Notes under the pieces: model-generated | The model's database searches: none | The model's input: only the letters and a program-made list of their open reading frames with translations | What the model was told of the DNA's origin: nothing | IMG/VR virus record: IMGVR_UViG_3300048011_000149 | Location: 1-26,545 of that record | Reading direction: 5' to 3' (one strand) | Length of the DNA stretch: 26,545 bases | DNA from: a virus | Taxonomy: Duplodnaviria; Caudoviricetes | Part shown: piece after piece, positions 1-8,639 of the stretch | Layout: each line of letters opens with the position of its first letter | How positions within the stretch are numbered: position 1 is the first letter of the stretch | Translations under genes and position numbers: made by a program

Positions 1-2
1 CT

Positions 3-671
3 CGTGAGTTTGCATATCATCTACTGAACGAGGGCGCTACCATAGGCTACGTTGCGTTGGAGGAATCCAGTAAACGCACAGCTCAGGGATTGATGTCACT
101 ACACTTAAACAAACTTGTACATCTTAATGACATACCTAAAGATGAATTGAAAGAAGCCTTTGACGCTACCATGGGTACAGGCAGAGTCTTTATGTATGAC
201 CACTGGGGTTCAACTGAGTCCGATAACTTGTTAGGTAAGATACGTTACCTTGCTCGTGGCTGTGGTTGTCAGTACGTTATCTTAGATCACTTGAGTATTG
301 TTGTAAGTGGTATGGAAGGTAATGATGAAAGACGTACCATTGATACACTGATGACAAAGCTGCGCTCACTAACAGAAGAACTAAACATCGGTATGATTGT
401 AGTCTCACACTTACGCAGACCTAGCGGTGACAAAGGACACGAAGAAGGTATCATTACTTCGCTGTCACAGTTACGTGGTTCAGCAGCAATAGGTCAGTTA
501 TCAGATATTGTTATTGGCTTAGAGCGTAACCAACAAGATGCAGAAACTTCTGACACTACAACTGTGCGTGTATTAAAGAACAGGTGGTCAGGTGAGACAG
601 GAGTGGCAGGGCATTTAGTTTATAGTAAACACACAGGTCGTATGTCTGAAGATGTAGCCCCTGAATTTTAA
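3..671 (+). CDS. T7 gp4-like primase/helicase, C-terminal DnaB-family helicase part (5' truncated by window)
   Basis: Frame is open from position 3 (REFAYHLLNEGATIGYVALEES). Has SF4 helicase motifs VILDHLSIVVS, VVSHLRR, LRGSAAIGQLSD and VLKNRWSGETG; lies directly upstream of DNA polymerase. Confidence 0.96.
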   Translation, partial: REFAYHLLNEGATIGYVALEESSKRTAQGLMSLHLNKLVHLNDIPKDELKEAFDATMGTGRVFMYDHWGSTESDNLLGKIRYLARGCGCQYVILDHLSIVVSGMEGNDERRTIDTLMTKLRSLTEELNIGMIVVSHLRRPSGDKGHEEGIITSLSQLRGSAAIGQLSDIVIGLERNQQDAETSDTTTVRVLKNRWSGETGVAGHLVYSKHTGRMSEDVAPEF

Positions 672-692
672 TCAATCCAGCGAGATGATGAC

Positions 693-2405
693 ATGATAAT
701 TTTTGACATAGAAACTGATAACTTACTAGAGGATGTGACGAAGGTACACTGTATTGTTACACAAGACACCGAGACAGGTGTAGTCTGTAAGTATGACCCA
801 ACACAACTCGATGTAGCTTTAGAAGTTTTACAAGAAGCTGAAAGTCTAGGTGGTCACAACGTCATGGCGTATGACTTACCTGTATTAAAGAAGCTCTACA
901 ACTTCGACTACTATGGACAGGTGTATGACACGTTAGTTGCCTCACGTTTAATTTGGCCTAACATGAAAGAAAAAGATATGTTGAAGCGAACAGTTGACAA
1001 TAAGTTAATTGGTTCTCATTCCTTAAAGGCATGGGGGCAACGCTTAAAGTTCCATAAGGGTGACTACGGAGAGCAGGACGAGGCATGGGATGCCTATTCA
1101 CCACAGATGTTAGAGTATTGTGCTCAGGATGTAGCACTTAACGTCAAGCTATACGAGTTGATCTTATCGAAGAAGTACCCTGAAGAACCTATGCGTCTTG
1201 AACACGAGATGAATAGATTGCTGATACAACAACAGGTGGCAGGTTTTCCTTTTGATGTGGAAGCAGCACAGAAGCTCTATACAGAACTATCTACACGAAA
1301 GTTAGAAATAGAGGCAGAGTTAGTTGATACCTTAGAACCTACAATAATCGAGTTGAAAACAAAAACAAAAGTAATACCCTTCAACCCTGCGTCACGGCAA
1401 CAGATTGCAGACAGACTAATGAAGAAAGGTTGGGAGCCTAAAGAGTTTACTCCATCAGGTGAACCAAAAATTGACGAAAAAATCTTGGCAGGAATTGAGA
1501 TGCCCGAAGCTGCCTTACTGACAGAGTTCTTAATGCTAAACAAACGACTAGGACAATTAGGTAATGGAAAACAAGCGTGGCTTAAACTGGAAAAGAATGG
1601 TCGTATACACGGTCGTGTTAATCACATGGGTGCTGTTACTTCTCGCTGCACTCATTCAGACCCGAACGTTGCACAAGTCCCAAGCACAGGTGCGGCTTTT
1701 GGGAAAGAGTGTCGAGAGTTGTTCCATGCTCCTAGTGGATACGTACTCCTTGGCGCTGATGCAAGCGGACTTGAGCTACGATGCTTGGCACATTATATGT
1801 GTAGATACGATGGAGGTAGATACGGTCAAGAGATTCTCGAAGGAGACATACACACCGCTAACCAACAAGCAGCAGGATTAGCCACTCGCCCCCAAGCTAA
1901 GACATTCATCTACGGATTTTTGTACGGAGCAGGGAACGAGAAGATAGGACAGATCATTGGTAAAGGTGCGAAGGAAGGAGGTCAGATTAAGAAACGTTTT
2001 CTGGCTAAGACTCCTGCGTTAAAGAAACTAACAGAAGCTCTCAACAATAGATTAGACCAGCAGCATGGTGAGAAATTTATTAATGGATTGGATGGTAGAC
2101 TTATTCCTATTCGTCACCCACACGCTGCCTTGAACACTTTACTCCAGTCAGCAGGAGCGATCATCTGTAAGAAGTGGTACGCAACTGTAGAAAATATGAT
2201 AAGAAGTAAAGGCTACACTAACGAAGAAGTTACGATAGTGGCGTTCGTTCACGATGAGGTTCAGATCTTAGTTAAGAAAGGGCTTGAGGATGCGATTGGT
2301 GAAATCACTAAAGAGGCCATTAAAGAAACAGAGCGAGCATACAACTTCAAATGCCCTCTCGACTCAGAGTTCCAAGTCGGACGAAGTTGGGCAGACACTC
2401 ACTGA
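693..2405 (+). CDS. polA: Family A DNA polymerase (T7 gp5-like) with 3'-5' exonuclease domain
   Basis: Exonuclease motifs FDIETD, GHNVMAYD, YCAQDV; polymerase motifs A (GADASGLELR), B (AKTFIYGFLYG) and C (VHDE); 570 aa. Confidence 0.97.
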   Translation: MIIFDIETDNLLEDVTKVHCIVTQDTETGVVCKYDPTQLDVALEVLQEAESLGGHNVMAYDLPVLKKLYNFDYYGQVYDTLVASRLIWPNMKEKDMLKRTVDNKLIGSHSLKAWGQRLKFHKGDYGEQDEAWDAYSPQMLEYCAQDVALNVKLYELILSKKYPEEPMRLEHEMNRLLIQQQVAGFPFDVEAAQKLYTELSTRKLEIEAELVDTLEPTIIELKTKTKVIPFNPASRQQIADRLMKKGWEPKEFTPSGEPKIDEKILAGIEMPEAALLTEFLMLNKRLGQLGNGKQAWLKLEKNGRIHGRVNHMGAVTSRCTHSDPNVAQVPSTGAAFGKECRELFHAPSGYVLLGADASGLELRCLAHYMCRYDGGRYGQEILEGDIHTANQQAAGLATRPQAKTFIYGFLYGAGNEKIGQIIGKGAKEGGQIKKRFLAKTPALKKLTEALNNRLDQQHGEKFINGLDGRLIPIRHPHAALNTLLQSAGAIICKKWYATVENMIRSKGYTNEEVTIVAFVHDEVQILVKKGLEDAIGEITKEAIKETERAYNFKCPLDSEFQVGRSWADTH

Positions 2406-2682
2406 TGTTAATAGGATAGGGGACGTAGCAGAGTTGTACGCAATAACATGGTTATGGGATGAAGGCTTTGAAGTCTTCTACAATGCAGGTTCAACTGGGG
2501 CTATCGACATTGTAGGTATTAAAGATAACGAAGTTTATTTATTCGATGTGAAATCAAACAGCAGCTCTGCGTCTACTAACGCTAGTGGCAGAACACAAAT
2601 TCAAAAAGATATGGGTGTGCAGTACATCATCTTTGATTCTAAGACGAGAAGAATGCGCCTACAAAAACATCAAAAGGATTAA
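2299..2682 (+). CDS. Putative PD-(D/E)xK nuclease (Hjc/resolvase-like small endonuclease)
   Basis: Pattern GDVAE...GFEVF...IDIVGIKDNEVYLFDVKS fits E...D...(D/E)xK. Start is uncertain (TTG 2284, ATG 2290, GTG 2299); GTG 2299 has GAGGA 8 nt upstream. Overlaps the polymerase 3' end. Confidence 0.65.
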   Translation: MKSLKRPLKKQSEHTTSNALSTQSSKSDEVGQTLTDVNRIGDVAELYAITWLWDEGFEVFYNAGSTGAIDIVGIKDNEVYLFDVKSNSSSASTNASGRTQIQKDMGVQYIIFDSKTRRMRLQKHQKD

Positions 2683-2686
2683 CAGC

Positions 2687-2875
2687 ATGGAAACAAGTAC
2701 ATTAAATTTAATCTTAGGTATGGGCTTTGGTTTTGTATCGTTCGCCTTTGCCTTCAAGTGGATTGTGGAAGCAATTATACAATACCGCATGGCCTCTAGT
2801 GCTACACATATGGTGAGCATGACAGCCGAAGAGTTTGAGAAGATGATGATGGAGGAAGACGATGAAGAATACTAG
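2687..2875 (+). CDS. Small hypothetical membrane protein (62 aa)
   Basis: ATG 2687 after AAGGA; hydrophobic stretch LNLILGMGFGFVSFAFAFKWIV and acidic tail; fills the gap between neighbours. Confidence 0.7.
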   Translation: METSTLNLILGMGFGFVSFAFAFKWIVEAIIQYRMASSATHMVSMTAEEFEKMMMEEDDEEY

Positions 2876-3587
2876 AACATTATTAGTCGATGGGGACATC
2901 GTTGCTTACAAAGCAGCGACCATTGCCGAGACTCCTATTGATTGGGGTAACGGGTGTTGGACACTACACGCTCACGAGAAAGATGTCATAGGCTCTATGG
3001 AAGAGTTCATGAGTAAGATCATAGCTGAGTCAGGGTGTGATGAAGTTATCACCTGTCTCTCAGGAGACAACCTGTACCGCAAGGACGTAGCGCCTTACTA
3101 TAAAGCTAACCGTAAGAATACTCGTAAGCCTATGCTACTCAAGTTTGCTAAGGACTACCTAGCCGAGAAGTACAATGGCAAAGTAGAAGACAAGCTAGAA
3201 GCTGATGACTTATTAGGTATCTTAGGCAGCGCTGATCACAACACTGTTATCTGGTCACTTGATAAAGACTTACTCACCATCCCTGCTTACCATTTAATTG
3301 ATGGTAAAGTTGTAGAGGTAGATGAAGAAGAAGCTGATTACAATTTCTTATATCAAACGCTAGTTGGTGACTCGACAGATAACTACAAAGGTTGTCCAAC
3401 AGTAGGCGATAAGAAAGCTAATGTTATTCTCGAACAGCAAGGTGCAACTTGGCAGACAGTAATTCATGCCTTCGGTGCACAGAAGCTAGGTGAAGAAGTA
3501 GCTATAGAAAACGCACGACTAGCACGTATCCTACGTGACGGTGAATATAACTTTGAAACAAAGGAAGTAAAATTATGGGCGGCATAA
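2862..3587 (+). CDS. 5'-3' exonuclease (T7 gp6-like)
   Basis: Motifs LLVDGDIVAY, YKANRK, LEADDLLG, DKDL, LVGDSTDNYKGCP; GGAGG upstream. Confidence 0.95.
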   Translation: MKNTRTLLVDGDIVAYKAATIAETPIDWGNGCWTLHAHEKDVIGSMEEFMSKIIAESGCDEVITCLSGDNLYRKDVAPYYKANRKNTRKPMLLKFAKDYLAEKYNGKVEDKLEADDLLGILGSADHNTVIWSLDKDLLTIPAYHLIDGKVVEVDEEEADYNFLYQTLVGDSTDNYKGCPTVGDKKANVILEQQGATWQTVIHAFGAQKLGEEVAIENARLARILRDGEYNFETKEVKLWAA

Positions 3588-3892
3588 ACGATGCGTCAGC
3601 AGCAGAGTGGGATTTAGCATACCAAAGCACTCACGCTCTCTCTACTAAGGAAGAAAGGGATTTAGTTAATAAGCCAGCGCACTACAACGCAGGAGAGATA
3701 GAAACCATTGACTACATTGTTGATGTGTTAGGTAAGTATGAAGCTATCTCCTACTGCCATGGAAATTTAATAAAGTATACTGGCTCTAGATTATGGACAA
3801 AGGGAAACCCTATTCAAGATGCAGAGAAAGCTCAGTGGTACTTAAACAAAATGATTGAACTAATGAAAGAAACAAAAGGAGTCAACTGGTGA
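3575..3892 (+). CDS. DUF3310 family protein (T7 gp1.7-like putative nucleotide kinase)
   Basis: Signature DLVNKPAHY..GEIETIDYI...GNLIKY...K...DAEKAQWYL. Confidence 0.85.
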   Translation: MGGINDASAAEWDLAYQSTHALSTKEERDLVNKPAHYNAGEIETIDYIVDVLGKYEAISYCHGNLIKYTGSRLWTKGNPIQDAEKAQWYLNKMIELMKETKGVNW

Positions 3893-4245
3893 ACAACGCA
3901 TCTTACGAATATCTACAAGGTATGTTTGAAGGTTTTGATTATTATCAAGCCAAGTGTAACGACACAGCTATCTTTCCTGAAGACTTAGCCATTGAGTATC
4001 TAACTCTAGGTTTACTGTCTGAAGCAGGTGAGGTGGCTGATAAAATTAAGAAAAAAATTAGGGACGGTGAACGCCCCAACCATAAGCAGGAAGTCAGTGA
4101 TGAACTGGGTGATGTCTTTTGGTACTTAGCAATGCTTGTAGATCGCATGGGATTAAACCTTAGTGACGTAGCATTCGACAACCTAAGCAAAACAATGAAA
4201 CGTAAATACGAAAACAAATTAAAAGGTTCAGGAGATTATAGGTGA
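3889..4245 (+). CDS. mazG: MazG-like nucleoside triphosphate pyrophosphohydrolase
   Basis: LGLLSEAGEVADKIKK and ELGDVFWY motifs, C-terminal LKGSGDYR; GTGA overlap with the upstream gene. Confidence 0.9.
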   Translation: MNNASYEYLQGMFEGFDYYQAKCNDTAIFPEDLAIEYLTLGLLSEAGEVADKIKKKIRDGERPNHKQEVSDELGDVFWYLAMLVDRMGLNLSDVAFDNLSKTMKRKYENKLKGSGDYR

Positions 4246-4373
4246 CAGATGAAGTAAGCGAATGCAAAGCTTGCCATGGTTCAGGGTTGGAAGGTTACGA
4301 CCCTGACGGTGATGGTTTATATAAGGCTGCAAAGCCGTGTCCAATTTGTATGGGAGAAGGAACAGATGGATAG
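4242..4373 (+). CDS. 43-aa zinc-finger microprotein with two CxxCxGxG motifs (not in ORF track)
   Basis: Hand translation MTDEVSECKACHGSGLEGYDPDGDGLYKAAKPCPICMGEGTDG; AGGAG upstream; GTG overlaps the mazG stop and its stop overlaps the RNR start. Confidence 0.85.
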   Translation: MTDEVSECKACHGSGLEGYDPDGDGLYKAAKPCPICMGEGTDG

Positions 4374-6273
4374 TTACCAGCAGTACATCCACAAGTCACG
4401 CTACGCACGTTGGAGAGAAGATGATAACAGGCGAGAGACTTGGGCAGAAACCGTAAGACGTTACACAGACTTCTGGGTAGGGCGTGGTCAGATTGATTAC
4501 GATACCTCAGAGATGCTATACAAAGCGATATATAATTTAGAAGTAATGCCCTCCATGCGCTGCTTAATGACAGCAGGTGAAGCACTTGATCGTGATAACA
4601 TGGCAGGCTTTAACTGCTCGTATGTGGCAGTAGATCATATCCGAGTGTTCGATGAAATCTTATACGTACTTATGTGTGGTACAGGTGTAGGCTTCTCAGT
4701 CGAACGTCAATCCGTAAATAAATTGCCAGAAGTGGCAGAGGAATTTAATGAAACAGATACAACAATCATTGTTAAAGATAGTAAGATCGGTTGGGCTAAA
4801 GCTTTCCGTGAGTTGGTTAGCCTTTTGTATACGGGTCAAGTACCTTCGTGGGATGTTTCAAAACTACGTCCAAAAGGTGAAAGACTCAAAACGTTTGGAG
4901 GACGTTCCAGTGGAGCAGATCCTCTTGTTGCTTTGTTTCATTTCACTGTTGCCACTTTTAAGAATGCTGCTGGTAGAAAACTAACGAGTATTGAATGCCA
5001 TGATATTGTTTGTAAAATTGCAGAGATTGTTGTGGTGGGTGGTGTGCGTAGGTCTGCGCTTATTAGCTTGTCTAATCTTAGTGATGATCGGATGCGTCAT
5101 GCTAAGTCAGGTAATTGGTGGGAGACTGATACGCAACGTGCGCTCGCTAACAATAGTGCAGTCTATAATGAACGCCCTGACTTCGAGACGTTCTTAGAAG
5201 AGTGGACAGCGTTGTACAAGTCTAAGGCAGGTGAGCGTGGCATCTTCTCTCGCACAGCAGCGAAGAAGCAATCAGCTCGTCATGGTCGTAGAGATATTGA
5301 ACATGACTTTGGTACTAACCCTTGCTCTGAGATTATCCTACGGTCAGCACAGGTTTGTAATTTATCAGAAATCGTTATTCGTAGTAACGATACATACGAA
5401 GATTTAAAACGTAAGGTTGAGATTGCTACTATCCTTGGAACACTTCAGGCATCTTTAACAGACTTCCGATACGTCCGTAACATCTGGAAGAAGAACACAG
5501 CAGAAGAATGTTTACTTGGTGTAAGTATGACAGGCATCATGGATCACCCTGTTATGTCAGGACGACAGGACTCAGGTACATGGTTCGATCATCCTAACCT
5601 ACCTATCTTACCTGAGATACTTGAGAAGCTTAAAGCGGTTGCCGTAGAGACAAACGAAAAATGGGCAAAAAATTTAGGCATCAATCAGTCAACAGCTATT
5701 ACAGCAGTGAAACCATCAGGTACAGTTAGTCAGCTAGTAGACAGTGCCTCTGGCATACACGCTAGGTTCTCCCAACAGTACATACGAACAGTACGCAGTG
5801 ATGGTAAAGATCCTATCTCAGAGTTCCTCAAAGACGCTGGAGTGCCTTGGGAGAAGGACGTAATGAATGAAGATAACTACGTCTTCTCATTCCCTATCAA
5901 AGCTCCTGCCGGCTCTACGAGTGTTGACTCACTTAATGTACAAGAGCAGTTAGACTTGTGGGAAACCTACCAGAACCATTGGTGTGAGCATAAGCCTAGT
6001 GTAACTATCTACTATTCGGATGAAGAGTTCCTAGCAGCAGGTCAATGGTTATGGGATCGACTAGATAGTTGTTCAGGTATTAGCTTCCTGCCTCGTACAG
6101 ATCATGTGTATCAACAAGCTCCTTACACAGCTATCACAGAAGAAGCCTATGAAGAAGCCCTAGCTAAGATGCCTGAGAGTATCAACTGGGATGACTTAGG
6201 TAAGTTTGAGAAAGAAGACACGACTACAGGTACACAAGAACTAGCGTGTGTAGCTGGACAGTGTGAAATATAG
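4366..6273 (+). CDS. nrdJ: Class II adenosylcobalamin-dependent ribonucleotide reductase (monomeric RTPR type)
   Basis: Motifs MPSMR, FNCSY, GTGVGFS, GGVRRSA, TNPCSEI, VKPSGT, C-terminal LACVAGQCEI; no adjacent beta subunit. True start is probably ATG 4366 (GAAGGA upstream), not 4276. Confidence 0.93.
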   Translation: MDSYQQYIHKSRYARWREDDNRRETWAETVRRYTDFWVGRGQIDYDTSEMLYKAIYNLEVMPSMRCLMTAGEALDRDNMAGFNCSYVAVDHIRVFDEILYVLMCGTGVGFSVERQSVNKLPEVAEEFNETDTTIIVKDSKIGWAKAFRELVSLLYTGQVPSWDVSKLRPKGERLKTFGGRSSGADPLVALFHFTVATFKNAAGRKLTSIECHDIVCKIAEIVVVGGVRRSALISLSNLSDDRMRHAKSGNWWETDTQRALANNSAVYNERPDFETFLEEWTALYKSKAGERGIFSRTAAKKQSARHGRRDIEHDFGTNPCSEIILRSAQVCNLSEIVIRSNDTYEDLKRKVEIATILGTLQASLTDFRYVRNIWKKNTAEECLLGVSMTGIMDHPVMSGRQDSGTWFDHPNLPILPEILEKLKAVAVETNEKWAKNLGINQSTAITAVKPSGTVSQLVDSASGIHARFSQQYIRTVRSDGKDPISEFLKDAGVPWEKDVMNEDNYVFSFPIKAPAGSTSVDSLNVQEQLDLWETYQNHWCEHKPSVTIYYSDEEFLAAGQWLWDRLDSCSGISFLPRTDHVYQQAPYTAITEEAYEEALAKMPESINWDDLGKFEKEDTTTGTQELACVAGQCEI

Positions 6274-6361
6274 ATATGCGGTAATGGTATTGGAGGTGGT
6301 AACCTGCCTCCATATCATCGCAAATGTCTGGTTACACCTTCCTTATAACCTCTTGATTTAA
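6263..6361 (+). CDS. Putative 32-aa hydrophobic peptide (not in ORF track)
   Basis: GTG start overlapping the RNR end with GGA upstream; MKYRYAVMVLEVVTCLHIIANVWLHLPYNLLI; ATG 6284 is an alternative start. Confidence 0.5.
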   Translation: MKYRYAVMVLEVVTCLHIIANVWLHLPYNLLI

Positions 6362-6369
6362 TTACCTAG

Positions 6370-6392
6370 TTTCTAAACGTACCGTTAAGAGA
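6370..6392 (+). promoter_or_regulatory. Candidate late (structural gene) promoter
   Basis: Intergenic at the replication-to-structural boundary; TTCTAAACGTAC matches TTCTAAAAGTAC at 10176 in 11 of 12 positions. Confidence 0.4.
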
Positions 6393-6399
6393 AACAACT

Positions 6400-6579
6400 A
6401 TGAATATGAAACCGATTATATCTAAAGAATTAGTGGATATGTTTAAGAAATTATATCCAAACCAACTGCCTCACAACCTCGGTGTAAAAGACATTCAGGT
6501 TGCTTTTTTACAGGGGCAGCAATCCGTCATCCAAAAGCTAGAGAATATGCTTGAAGATGACTTAACGAATGAGAATTAA
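6400..6579 (+). CDS. Small hypothetical protein preceding the portal block (59 aa; gp6.5-like position; not in ORF track)
   Basis: MNMKPIISKELVDMFKKLYPNQLP...AFLQGQQSVIQKLE; fills the gap exactly and resembles small proteins I recall at this position in T7-like phages. Confidence 0.8.
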   Translation: MNMKPIISKELVDMFKKLYPNQLPHNLGVKDIQVAFLQGQQSVIQKLENMLEDDLTNEN

Positions 6580-6582
6580 AAT

Positions 6583-6789
6583 ATGTGTATGTCTAAACCC
6601 GATATTCCAAAACCACCAGCTCCAGCTCCAGCTCCTAACCAAGCCCCAGAAGAAATTGAAAATGCTGTAGACTCTACCGCTGAGATGCGTAAGAAGAAAC
6701 GTAAAGGTTCAAAGCAATTACGTAGAGGTAGCTCTGGCGTACAGGCATCTGGCGGGGCAGCAGGTCAAGGCCTTACAATCAATAAGTAA
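6583..6789 (+). CDS. Small virion protein (gp6.7/gp7.3-like)
   Basis: MC start, proline-rich N-terminus, basic KKKRKG..LR, GLTI C-terminus; upstream of portal. Confidence 0.8.
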   Translation: MCMSKPDIPKPPAPAPAPNQAPEEIENAVDSTAEMRKKKRKGSKQLRRGSSGVQASGGAAGQGLTINK

Positions 6790-6800
6790 AAGGTAGTTCT

Positions 6801-7067
6801 ATGTGTGTAAGCGAAATAAGTAAAGGGGCTTCAAAGCTCAGAAACCATGCAGGTCGTTTTGAAGATCATGTCAAAGACCCGTTTAATAAAGATAAATTTA
6901 TAGGGACACTTCCCCATAACGTGCCTGTAGAAAAAGGCAAAGGTAATGGGAGAAACAAAATAGGTATCTCAGGTCTTGGTATGTACGGCAAAGACAACGA
7001 TGCTTTAAATTTAGAACGTGGTGCAAAAACTGGCAAAAAGCCCGTAGGTAAGTACGATCCACAATAA
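6801..7067 (+). CDS. Small basic hypothetical protein, possibly virion-associated
   Basis: AAGG upstream, MC start, Lys/Gly-rich, immediately before portal. Confidence 0.65.
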   Translation: MCVSEISKGASKLRNHAGRFEDHVKDPFNKDKFIGTLPHNVPVEKGKGNGRNKIGISGLGMYGKDNDALNLERGAKTGKKPVGKYDPQ

Positions 7068-7076
7068 GGAACAATT

Positions 7077-8639
7077 ATGATTTACAACGAGAAAGGCGTA
7101 GCTCACGCCTACGAAAATATGGAAGCAGACCGTGATGTCTTTTTAACGAGGGCAAGGGCGGCTGCTGAACTAACCATACCAACCTTAATGCCTCGTGACG
7201 GTCATACTTCCTCTACCCAGTACGACACACCTTTCCAAGCTGTAGGTGCTAGAGGTGTAAACAACCTCGCATCAAAGCTTCTAATGACACTCCTGCCTCC
7301 TAACAGTCCGTTCTTTCGTCTAACGATAGATGACTTTGACTTAGTTGAGTTAGCAGGGGATGACGCTAGGGGTAAGGCTGAGGATGCTTTAGCACGTATT
7401 GAGCGTTCAGCTTCACAGCTTGTAGAAGCTAAGGCTATCCGAGTGCCAGCTTTCGAGATGCTCAAGCAGCTTATCGTCAGCGGCAACGCACTTGTACATA
7501 TGCCTAAAGACGGTGGGATGAAAGTCTTTCGCTTAGATAGTTATTGCGTCAAGCGTGATACTATGGGCAACCTGCTCAAGATTATTGTCAAAGAGACAAT
7601 CGCTTTTGAAGCCCTCCCTGATGTTGTTAAGGCAGCGTTAATCGAGAACGAGGAATACATCGCACAGCAAGATAAAAGAGAGTGTGAACTCTATACTTGC
7701 ATTAAACGTGAAGGTAAGAAGTTTGTTGTACACCAAGAAGTACATGGTGAAATGATACCTAAGTCTGAGGGTAGTTACCCAGCAGACAAGCTACCATGGT
7801 TAGCATTACGTTTCATCGCTATTGATGGTAACGATTACGGTCGCTCTTTCGTGGAAGAGATTATCGGTGATCTAAAATCATTAGAAGCTTTGACTCGTGC
7901 TATCGTAGAAGGAAGTGCAGCTAGTGCTAAACTACTCTTCATGGTACGCCCTAATGGTACAACTAAGATACGTAACATTGCTGACTCTACTAATGGCGCT
8001 ATCATCTCAGGTGATGCCAATGATGTTAGCACACTCCAAGCAAATAAGTTTAATGACTTCCGAGTAGCACAAGAAACAATGCAAGTAATTACAGAACGCT
8101 TGTCTTTCTCTTTCCTACTTAACAGCTCAGTCCAGCGTAATGCTGAACGTGTAACGGCTGAGGAAGTACGATACATGGCACAAGAACTAGAGACTGCTTT
8201 AGGTGGTATCTACTCTGTCCTGTCTCAAGAATTTCAACTACCACTTGTCAACCTCCTGCTTAACAAGATGCAGAAAGAAGGCAAGATGCCCAAGTTCCCT
8301 AAAGACACATTGAAGCCTCAGATCGTTACTGGTTTAGAAGCTCTTGGCCGAGGTCAGGATCTTAACAAACTATCAGCGTTCTTGCAGTACCTTCAACCTT
8401 TAGGTCAAGAGGTGATACAACAGAACCTTAACATTGATGACTACCTTGATCGCTTAGGCGCATCACTGGGTATCGATACACAAGGTCTTGTTAAGTCTCC
8501 TGAACAGAAAGCCCAAGAACAGCAAGCAGCTCAAGAGCAGATGCAGCAACAACAGATGATGCAGATGGCTGAGAAGGTTGCTCCTACTGCTGTGAAAGGA
8601 ATGGTAGAAGGCGCACAACAACCACCAATGGAGGAGTAA
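7077..8639 (+). CDS. Portal / head-tail connector (T7 gp8-like)
   Basis: GARGVNNLASKL, PFFRL, YGRS, ERVTAEEVR, LGGIYS, TGLEALGRGQD motifs; Gln-rich C-terminus; 520 aa. Confidence 0.97.
   Translation: MIYNEKGVAHAYENMEADRDVFLTRARAAAELTIPTLMPRDGHTSSTQYDTPFQAVGARGVNNLASKLLMTLLPPNSPFFRLTIDDFDLVELAGDDARGKAEDALARIERSASQLVEAKAIRVPAFEMLKQLIVSGNALVHMPKDGGMKVFRLDSYCVKRDTMGNLLKIIVKETIAFEALPDVVKAALIENEEYIAQQDKRECELYTCIKREGKKFVVHQEVHGEMIPKSEGSYPADKLPWLALRFIAIDGNDYGRSFVEEIIGDLKSLEALTRAIVEGSAASAKLLFMVRPNGTTKIRNIADSTNGAIISGDANDVSTLQANKFNDFRVAQETMQVITERLSFSFLLNSSVQRNAERVTAEEVRYMAQELETALGGIYSVLSQEFQLPLVNLLLNKMQKEGKMPKFPKDTLKPQIVTGLEALGRGQDLNKLSAFLQYLQPLGQEVIQQNLNIDDYLDRLGASLGIDTQGLVKSPEQKAQEQQAAQEQMQQQQMMQMAEKVAPTAVKGMVEGAQQPPMEE

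Noticed and set aside
3575-4245. Possible modified-base (for example 2-aminoadenine) pathway suggested by MazG
   Set aside because: No PurZ, HD-domain dATPase or other base-modification enzyme is visible in the window.
4276-4365. N-terminal extension of the RNR in the ORF track
   Set aside because: It overlaps the zinc-finger ORF in another frame; ATG 4366 has an RBS and gives a typical RNR start.
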